This document shows, piece after piece, positions 44,242-54,300 of a stretch of 64,000 nucleotides of DNA. The first letter of the stretch is position 1. Every line of letters starts with the position of its first letter. Position numbers and translations under genes: made by a program. Location of the stretch: contig JAGBEI010000013.1 in the NCBI GenBank assembly GCA_017937065.1, positions 31,333 through 95,332 on the forward strand, given 5' to 3'. Below the pieces are notes generated by a model, which saw only the letters and a program-made list of their open reading frames with translations, had not been told where the DNA came from and made no database searches. The DNA comes from Clostridia bacterium. GTDB lineage: Bacteria > Bacillota > Clostridia > Oscillospirales > QAKW01.

Positions 44242-45072
44242 TCACAGCCGCCGTCCGTTTCCCGTAAAGGATTTTATGTTCATATGATTTTTCCGTATAT
44301 CGCATACGCTTGTCGGCGGAAACGGCATCTCCCCGTCCGCCCTGCCGTCAAGATTTACCTCGTACAGAAACGGACCGCTGTAATCAGCCTTTTCCAGCAG
44401 CAAAACAAGCTCGCGCCAGTCAATTTTTCCGCATCCCGGCAGCGCGTGCCGCTCGTCCTTAAAATCGTAATCGGAAATATGCAGCGTCACAAGCTTGCTT
44501 GCAAACCGCTCCAAAAACCTTGCATGACTGTCAATAAGCAAATGGTTGACGTCAAAGCAAAAGCGCAGGCGGTCGTCGCTTTTCAGTATCTGCGCCGTTT
44601 CCTCACTGTCACGGCAAAGACAGGTGCGCGGCAGATTTTCCACCGCAAGGATAAGCCCCAGCTCCTGCGCCCTGTCCGCCAGCACCTTAAGCGACGCCTT
44701 GGCGTTTTTTAGATACAGTCCGCGCTCCCGCTCGTCAATCGGCTCGGAGCTGGGATGAATTACAGCCACCCTTGCGCCAGCCTCCGCCGCCTTTTGCATA
44801 TAGTCCGAATGCAGACAGACGGTGTCCTCCCGTTTTTTTCTGTCGGGCAGGGATATGTTGATATCCCGCGAAAACGGCAGATGCACCGACCAGATTTTCA
44901 CACCCGTGCGCTCGCTCTCGCTTTTTATTTCCGCCCAGTTCAGCGCAGGATAATCCTCACGCCGCGGAGATATCTCAATAAGCTCTATCCCGAATTTTTT
45001 GTAACTGTCAAACGCCGCGCCGTCAAATTTTTTACAGGAGAGCGCAGTCTTCCATTTCGAAAAATCTGTCAT
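44242..45072 (-). CDS. Sugar phosphate isomerase/epimerase (xylose-isomerase-like TIM barrel)
   Basis: 276 aa. The IEISP ... VHLPF ... IHPS ... VENL ... DVNH ... HISD pattern matches AP-endonuclease-2/xylose-isomerase-like barrels. Confidence 0.75.
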   Translation of the reverse strand: MTDFSKWKTALSCKKFDGAAFDSYKKFGIELIEISPRREDYPALNWAEIKSESERTGVKIWSVHLPFSRDINISLPDRKKREDTVCLHSDYMQKAAEAGARVAVIHPSSEPIDERERGLYLKNAKASLKVLADRAQELGLILAVENLPRTCLCRDSEETAQILKSDDRLRFCFDVNHLLIDSHARFLERFASKLVTLHISDYDFKDERHALPGCGKIDWRELVLLLEKADYSGPFLYEVNLDGRADGEMPFPPTSVCDIRKNHMNIKSFTGNGRRL

Positions 45073-45177
45073 AACACCGTCCGCCCTTATTTTTATTTTA
45101 CTGAATTATATCAGATAAAATATCCCCCGCGCAACAATAAAATATAATTTAGTATATGTTAAAATAACCAAATTTTA

Positions 45178-45186
45178 CCCCCCCCC
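45178..45186 (+). repeat. C9 homopolymer tract about 130 nt upstream of the giant gene
   Basis: Nine consecutive C residues sit in an otherwise AT-rich intergenic region. Confidence 0.9.
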
Positions 45187-45312
45187 GCATCAATTTGCAC
45201 AAATTTTTGTTAAAATACAAAAAACGATTGATTTATTATTTACAAAGATATAATATTTTTATGGTATTTAATTTTGTTCCTGAAAATTAAAAACGATTGG
45301 AGAGATGAATTC

Positions 45313-48300
45313 ATGAAGCGATTTATCTCGGCGGTTTTGAGCGCATGCATTATGCTGTCGCTCATCGGTACGGGCGGATTTTCATTCGCCGTCCCCGCCG
45401 AAAACCCAATGCAGGGCACTGAGTATTCCGCGATGTTTGACAGCACGTCGGACGTATACGGAAATACCTTTGTCATCAGCCCGCAGTGGCAGACCGATTC
45501 TGCCGTTGAGGGTGAAACGGATATGCAGTTTGTATTTTCCGGTGTAACAATTACCGAAAAGTATGATAAGGCGCGCCACTTTGCAAGCTATGACGCGGCA
45601 GCGGCAGCGTTTGAAAGCCGATACATACGGGACGGCGCGCTCACAAAGGAAATTGCAGCTGCAGTACCCAGCTTTATACTTGCCGCGGGAACATACGGCG
45701 GCGATATAACAGTAAGGTACAGCGCAAACATTTACGGTGCAAAGGCGGGTATCAATCCCAACGACCCCGACTTTGACATAAGCGCCGCTTTACCGACAGA
45801 TGCGTGGAACGCAAACCCCGAAAGGAGCGGCAGCGAGGGCGAAACAGTCATCTCGGGCACCGTGCTGCGCTCCAATAAAAACGGCAGCTCCGCCTCCGAC
45901 CTCAAATACGAGCAGCCGCTGAAGGACGCAGGCGTCACAGGCTACACGCTGAACATCGACGGCGTTAAATTTACGGGCACGACGGCAGTTTTGTCCAACG
46001 ACCTGACCTATAATGTCGGTCTTGCCAGAACAAACGCCGTAAACGTGTACAACACGATATTTAACGGTGTAAACTACGGTCTGAGCGCGGACGGCGATAC
46101 CAGCCGCAACTTTAACGACTATACACTGCGCAATATCCGCGTTACGGGGCTAAAGAGCGACGGCAGCGGCGCGCTCATACGCAAGTATCCGCGCACTGTC
46201 AGCATCGAGGGCATGAACTTTGAGCAAAACGCAGGCGGACTGTATATCGGCGGCACGGCGTCAAATACCAACGACCTGTGGTGGACCAACTGCGGCGGCG
46301 CGCGCGGAGTTTCCTTTACCGTAAAGGGCTCGCGGTTTGCCGACAACAGCGTCTACACTCTCGGAAATTTCACGGATAACTGTTATCTCCCGTCATTGAA
46401 TCTGACCTTTGAATCAAGCATTTTCAAGGACACAACGTCGGGAAAATGGGGAATTTTCAGAGCAGACACCTTTTCGGGCTCGGGATATCCGACACTGAAG
46501 CTCAAATTTACAAACAACACCTTTTACGGCAGTCCCGATTTAGCGTACAACACTATACTGAACGGCAACGCCAATTATCAGAAGGCGGCATTTGACATTG
46601 AGTTCAACTACAACAGGGTAATCGGTTATAAGTCAATGTTCATGAACATCACCTCCGACATGGACACGTGGCTGTCAGGCTGTAACTGGAGCTATGACAA
46701 CAACTATGTTGCAGACACGTTTGTCTCGGCTGACGACGAGCTGGGCAAAAAGCCGGAGTACCTCACGAATTCAGCGACCGTCAACCCCGTAAATCTGAAT
46801 TCACTCGAGTATTTCTTCGATTATAAAATGATGGTGGGCAACGCAAGCCTCAAAATCACCGGCGCCGATTTTGAAGACAAGGTTGAATTTTTCTCGATAA
46901 ACAATAAAAACCTGTCCGTGTCCGCCATGCTGGACGAGGGCGTCGTCATAGAAAATCCCAAATTCACCGCCAGCAGCGAGTCCGCCGAAATCGGCTTTTT
47001 CGAGGACGCCGACAAGCAGATTCCCGTCACCTCGATAAGCTATGACGATTTGGGGGACGAGGGCAAAAGAGTATACTATCTGACGGTTACCTATAAAAAT
47101 ATCGTCATTGACTATCTTGTGACCTTTACGGCAAAGGGCGACACATTTGTTTTTGCAAACAGATTTGACGACCCCGCCGGTGTTATAGACAAAACGGCTG
47201 CTCTTCTCATGAACGAGGACGGCTTTGCAAGCGGCACCGAGGTCACGAAAATGTGGCAGAACCAGCTTTGGTCGTTCACGGTGGGCGTCAACGCCTTTTC
47301 AAGCGTTGAGGAGGCGCGCGCGGCGGGCATTACCCAGATGATACTGCCCGCAGGCGAGTACGACTCGGTCAGCATCAACGGGTCTGTCGAGCTGTACGGC
47401 GAGGGCTACGCCGAAAATCCCAACAGCATTCCCGACGACAGAACAAAAGAATGGGCACTATCGGACAGCTGGAGAGCGGCAGAGCAGACGCAGGTTGCAA
47501 ACATATCGGTCGAGCAGTCCGCAACGCCGCGGGACGATAGCGGCACGCAGATTGTCATAAAGGGAATAAATCTCACGGGCAGATTTATCGACGACAAGCG
47601 CGCGGTATCCGAGTTTAAAACATCGGTTCTGCTTGAGAACAACATACTCGGCTTCAACCGTACCGTAAGCGGCGTTACATATATATTTGCTTTAAATAAC
47701 GCAAACGCACAGAGTACGGATAATACGGTAAAAAATATTGATGAATTTACCGTGAAAAACTCACGGTACGAATTTGAAAACAACAGCGCGTCCTTGCGTC
47801 TGTTTGCCGAAATATGTCCGGCAAGCGTGACGCTGGACGGAATTTACTTTGGCAGCGGCTTTATAACGCTGGGCTATCCGAAATGGAGAAACTGCGTAGA
47901 CAACGGCACGCTTGAGGTATCAAGCTGTTATTTCAAGGAATACTCGCGCTCCAAGGACATGGTGATAGCGCTTTGCGGTCACGCCGACCAGTGTGATTCT
48001 ACGGGCAAAACCACGCGCGCCGTATTCAGGGACAACGTGCTGATAGACTGCTTTAACAGCGGGCACAATGCCAATTCAAATGTGGCGGTAAACATCTTCC
48101 CCGGCGCGTTTACAAGCATTGACATTGCGGACAACACGTTTATAGACACTCAAAACAGGCTCGGAAATATCCTGAAGGTGCAGTCTTCGGCATACAGCCC
48201 CAACACATCTGATTTTTCGGATAAAATCAGCTTTACGGGCAACCGCGTTATCGGTCTTGCACCGTTTGTAACCGTAAACGATGCAACGGCGGCGCTGACA

Positions 48301-51300
48301 AGCTGCGACGGCAACTATTACGCGCGCTATACCGAGGACTATGCGTCGGCATACGGAAGCTGCAAGCTTTACGGCGTTTTGAAAAACGGCGACTGCTACC
48401 TCGACTACCAAAAGACGACAAAAGCGTCAGAGCTTGACATGGTAATCGACAGAGAGCTTTCAATGGTGAACAATGAGACGCGGGAGGCGTCGGTTGTAAT
48501 CGGCGAAAACGAAAGATACATTCCCAAGATTAAAAGCTCAAACGGCAAGTATCTCTTCCACTTCTTTGAGGATGAAAACTGCTGTAGCTCGGTGGGCACG
48601 CTGACACGTGAGAATGTCGGCAGCGGACGCGCGTTCTGGGCAAAGGCTGTTTCTCCGTCGGGCGTATCCGTAGTATACAAGGTATACGTCAGCGTCGGAA
48701 GCTTTGACGCCAAGGCTCCCGACACGGTAGGAGATAAGAACATAGAAAATCCGTATCTTTTCTATCTGGGCACGGAGGATATGCCTGTCGGCACCGTATT
48801 TACAATGCCGTGGCAGGGTGAGGACTATATATTCACCGCAGGCAAAAACGCCTTTGCGTCTATATCACAGATAATCAACTGCCACGAGCAAAATTCACAG
48901 GGCACGCCCAACGTAATACTTCCGTCAGGCATTTACAGCGACGAGATTGTCGTCACAAAGACCGTGAACATCTACGGCGAAAACAGCGATGATACCGTGC
49001 TGAAAAATGAACCGAACACAAAGGACGCCATAAAAATTGCGTGCGTGGGCGACTCCATAACCGAGGGAATCGGAATTGACGCGGCACAGCGCCCGGCGTC
49101 CGCATACCCCGCACAGCTCCAGACAATACTGGACGAGCGCTACGGGCAGGGCAGCTACAATGTCGGCAACTTCGGCTGGGGCGGCTCTACCATCAACGTA
49201 CAGACCAACCGTGAGACGACAAGCTACACCTACTGGACCTACATCTATTCGGTACAATATTACAAATCGCTTGACTTCAATCCGGATATAGTGGTTATTA
49301 TGATGGGGCACAACGATACGCACACCCAGCTGTATTCAACGGCTGAGGGGTACAAAGCGCAGTATCAGGCACTGATTGACAGCTATGAGGCGCTGCCCTC
49401 TCACCCGACAGTTGTAATCGCGGGCTGCACCTCACGCACCGCCTCAATCCGCCGCGACCTGCTGCTTGAAACTATCATTCCGATGCAAAAGGAGCTTGCA
49501 GCGGACAACGGGCTTATCTATATCGACATGTTCAGCCCCACAAACGGCAAAGAGGGCGACAAGACCCTGTTTACCGACGGACTGCACTGCACGGCGGCGG
49601 GCTACAACATGCTTGCAACGCTTATCGCAAACGGCATGGAGCCGATTCTCGGCACCGAGCGCGCAGTGACAACGGCGGATATAAAAATTGACGCAGACGT
49701 GTCGGATACGCCGGAGAGCAAAATCAAGGTTGCGTGTATCGGCGACAGCCTGACCTACGGCGACAAGGCGTACAAGGGCTATCCCGTATATCTCGGAGAA
49801 ATGCTCGGCGACAGGTACGAGGTGCGCAACTTCGGCGAATGCGGCGCCATTGCGTGCGACGAGTCCACACTGAAAAGCGGCACCAACTGGTGCTATAAGA
49901 ATTATGAGCGCTACACGCAGTCCAAGGCGTGGAAGCCCGATATCGTCATACTGATGCTGGGCTACAACGACGCGGGCGGACACCTTACAGACTTCCATTC
50001 GGTCAACTGGACGGGCGGAGAAAACAGCACCGCCGCCGCAGAGTTTGAAAAGGACTATAAGGCGCTCGTTCAGGAGTACACGGAGCTTGGCGCACAGGTT
50101 TACATTGTGAACACGCCCTGCTCCAACAACGCCTCTGACAAAAACGGCACGTCCAATCAGGCGCGTTACATCAACCCGATAATAGAGCGCACGGCAAGCG
50201 AGCTTGAGCTTCCGTTTGTAGACATTCATTCGTTTACAAAGCCGTGGGGTACAGACATGTACTGCGGCACAAACAGCGCCGGCACAACAGACAACACGCA
50301 CATGTCCGCCAAGGGCTATGAGGCGATGGCGTCATTTATGTTTGACAGTATCTTCTCTGTATTTGCCGACAGCTACTGCGATGATTTGGGCGAAATTTCA
50401 AGCAGTGCCGTGATAGTGGATCTTCAGGCGCCGGAGCATCAGGACGGCGATATCGTCTCCTATGCGTGGGAGGGCGAAGACTACCAGTTTGTTTGGGGAG
50501 AGAACGCCTTTGCAAATATAGATGATGCGATTAACAGTGCAAACGCAAAAGGAAGCACGTCTTTACAGGCGCTCATTCCGGAAAACAGTCACCAAACGTC
50601 GTGGGAGGGCGATTTTATCATAACCGCCGACACGACAAATATAAAATCGCTTGAGGTGTTCGGCATAAACCGCCGCTTTGACCCCAATGACAAGTCGGCG
50701 GCAAGCTCCGACCCGACAGCGGACTGGACGCTGAATCCCGACTGGGATATGTATGCCCGAAACGGCGGCACGTCGGCAATGAACAGAATAACCTTCAACT
50801 GCAACGACGATAACAACAATGTCATTCTGAGCGGCAAGGTTAAATTCAAGGGTATCACCATGCGCAACATCGTCTGGAACTCGGAGCGCAAGGAGGGCAC
50901 GGCAGAAAATCCGCGCAACCTTAACCTTATTTTTGAAAACGTGCTTGTCGATTTCACAGCCGCAAGCGGCTCGGGCGGATACCTGTTCAACCTGAACTCG
51001 CCGCGCTCAAACAGCAAAACCTTTGCTGCCGACGATTCACTGACGCTGAGGAATTTCCGCATCGAAAAATTCTTGTACAAGAGCGGCAAAAACAGGATTA
51101 TGGGCACTTACGGTCCGAACAATATAACTCTGGACGGATTTTACTACAACGGCGGCAGAAATGAGCTGAACGGCACAAATTACCCGCTCGCTCAGTTCGG
51201 ATGGATTCAGACGTCGCCCGCTGCAAAAAGCTCTGAGGTTTATATCCTCAACTCAAATTTCAGAAACGACAATGTAGCTTTCAATACAGCGCCGATAAGC

Positions 51301-54300
51301 AACGCCGTTGCTGCAAACAATACACCGAGCGTATACGAAATCAAAAACAACGTTTTCTATAACGTCAGCGGTGCGATAGTTACATTCCCCAAATACTACA
51401 CGGCATTTGCCGTTGAGGACAACTACTTTATTCAGCCGGACGGGACAAAGAGCTTTATTACAAACAACGGCTCGCACACCGACCAGACGGTAAATTACAA
51501 CGAAACTATCGGTTACAGCGCAAGAAACAACACGTTTGTACTGGCTGACCTTTCAAAGTATTCACCCATTACGCTCAACAGCGTAACGGCTCCCGGTGCG
51601 GACCTCACAGGCTCGTATGTTGCGCAGTATACCGACGATTACAAGGATAAAATCGCAGGCACGGCACCCGCTGTCGGTCAGAGCGATTACTTCTATACCG
51701 ACTTTATCCGCTCGGTCAAAAACACAGACCTTGAAATCGTTTCACTGGGCGCGTGTGCATACGCCGAAAAAACGGAAATAGCCGCCGACACCGTAACGCT
51801 CACAGCTACGGGCGGGCAGGTTATAGACGACACAAGCGTAACATGCAAAAATAAAAATATCACAACGGCTGTCTTTGCAGACGAGCAGCTGACGCAGCCC
51901 GCGAAGAGATTTGAGCTGCCTGCAAACGAGACGGGCAAAACCTACTGGATAAAGCTCAGCTACGGTGAATTTTCAAAAGTTTACCGACTGGAATTTTTAC
52001 TCGGTACGGCGCCCGCGTTTGCGGAAAACTACACCGATATCAACGGTATAGTCAAAAACACAGCCGTCGCGCTGCTTCCCGCGGCAGACGGTTTGGAGGA
52101 CGGAACGCAGCTGACAGCGCGCTGGAACGGGACGCTGTACTCGTTTACGGCGGGACAAAACGCGTTTGCTTCAATGGAGGCAATTTACGAAAAGTTCCCC
52201 GATGAAAAGCTGCAAGTCATACTGCCTGCGGGCAAGTATACCAAAAACATGTATGTCTACGGCTCATGGGAGGTTTACGGCGAAGGCTATGCGGTAAATC
52301 CCAACAACACCGAAGGCAAAGACCGGAGCTTTAACGAAGGCTGGAGCAAAAACGGCGAAACGGTGCTGGAAAACGCCAACCTTGTCATCGCAAAGGAGGC
52401 GACTCCCGAAACCGAAAACGGGACGGAAATTACCGTTGCGGGCATACGGCTTACAAAGTATATAAACGATGCTCAGAGAACTCAAAGCCCGTACAAAACA
52501 ACGGTTACGCTGAAAAACAATGTATATGAGCGCAAATATCTCACGGGAGCTGCGCGTGAATTTGACCTGCGCTGTGAAAACAATGTTTGTCAGGACGATG
52601 AATTTACAAATATTGATGAATTCAATATAGTAAACCTGCATTATATTAACTCCAACCCGTCAAATCAGCACGCAATGTTCCAGGAGCTTGTCGCACCGTT
52701 TATGACAATAGACGGACTGTGCATTGCGGGTAGCTGTCCCACAATCGGCTATCCCAAGGTGACAAAGGCGGCAAAGGAAACCTCATTCACGCTTAAAAAC
52801 AGCTATTTCAAGGAGCTGACGGCTGGCAGCGCGCGATTTGCATTTATCGCGTCCTTCAGCGGTCACGACCAGAACGTGGCAAGCGCCGACAGGACAGGAT
52901 ACAAATCGGCACTGCTTCTTGAAAACAACAAATTCATCAGCTGCGGAAACGAATCGACAGGCGGCGATACACAGCGCTTCCCCGTTCAGATTTTCCCGCA
53001 GTCCTACAACGACATAAGCATCATAGGCAACGATGTGATTTCGCCCGCTGACGGCGATTACAAATTTATCGACTGGGCGACAATAAGCTATTCGGTAAAT
53101 TCGGGGGACTACTCAGACAGGATAGAATTTGCCGAAAACAGGCTGATAGGCGTTATGCCGTCGGTATATGTCAATTCCGATACGGAGCTTGACCTTTCGG
53201 GCAATTATTTTGCAAAGTACACATCGGACTATGACACGGCGGCGCTCGGTGACATACCGGCAGACACAGACGCCGACTTCTATCTTGACTTCGGGCGCAC
53301 AGTAAAGCTCAGCGATACCGCGCCGCGCTCGGACAGCATTTCGGGCTTCAGCGTTCTGCCCGAGACAAAAACGGCTTACGGTTATGCCGAAGCTGACATT
53401 TCCGATTTCGGACTGTCAAACTCACACGGCACAAGCTATACCGTTTATTCCGATAAAGCCTGCACCCTGCCCGTGACTACACTGACAGTGGAAAGCGGCA
53501 GTGCATCGGTCGCATACATCAAAGCGGCAAACGGAAGTGTCAGCACAGTCTATACCCTTTATATAATCGGTGTGGATAATATTTCGGATATTTCCGCCGA
53601 GGTTGACCCGCAGCAGGTGGACGGAATTGAAACGCCCTCTGTTTACTACCCGTCGCTTTACGGCGCACCGGACGGAATCGTGGCTGTTGCACGCTACGGC
53701 GGCAAACCTTACGGATTTACGACGGGCAGCCGCGTCGTCTCAAACGTCACGACAATGGCGGCGACAAGCACTGAAATCCTGCTGCCCGACAGTATAACGG
53801 AATTTAACGAGACCGTTATAAGCGGAGTATCGCTGCACAGCGCAGAAAGCGCCGTGCTTGCGGGTATACGCACAAGAAAGATGAAGATTGCGGCAGTAGG
53901 CGATTCGATTACTCAGGGCGTCGGCGCAGGCTCAACGACGTCTTACCCCGCACAGCTTCAAAAATATCTCGGAACAGATCAGTTTGAGGTTAAAAACTTC
54001 GGTAAAAGCGCAGCTACCGTCCAGATTATAGGCGGCAGCGCCGAGCGCGGATACAAGGAGTTCGCCAAGACCGAGTATGAAGCAAGCCTTGCGTATGAGC
54101 CGGATGTTGTAATCTTCGCACTGGGTACAAACGACGTCTATGCGTCCCGCTGGGATTCCAATACCGATTACGCGAACGAGTATATTGAGCTTATAAGAAC
54201 CTATCAGCAGCTGCCAAGCAAGCCGGCAGTTTACATCACAACGGCACTGAAGCGCGCAGATAATCTGATGATGAACGAGCGCGTCGAACAAAATCTCATA

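Noticed and set aside
49444-50301. A 285-aa minus-strand ORF inside the giant gene. Similar antisense ORFs occur at 48925-49323, 50589-51107 and 53932-54411.
   Set aside because: These lie antisense to SGNH and other well-supported coding segments. Their composition is Arg/Ala/Val-rich, and they have no start context. They are shadow ORFs.
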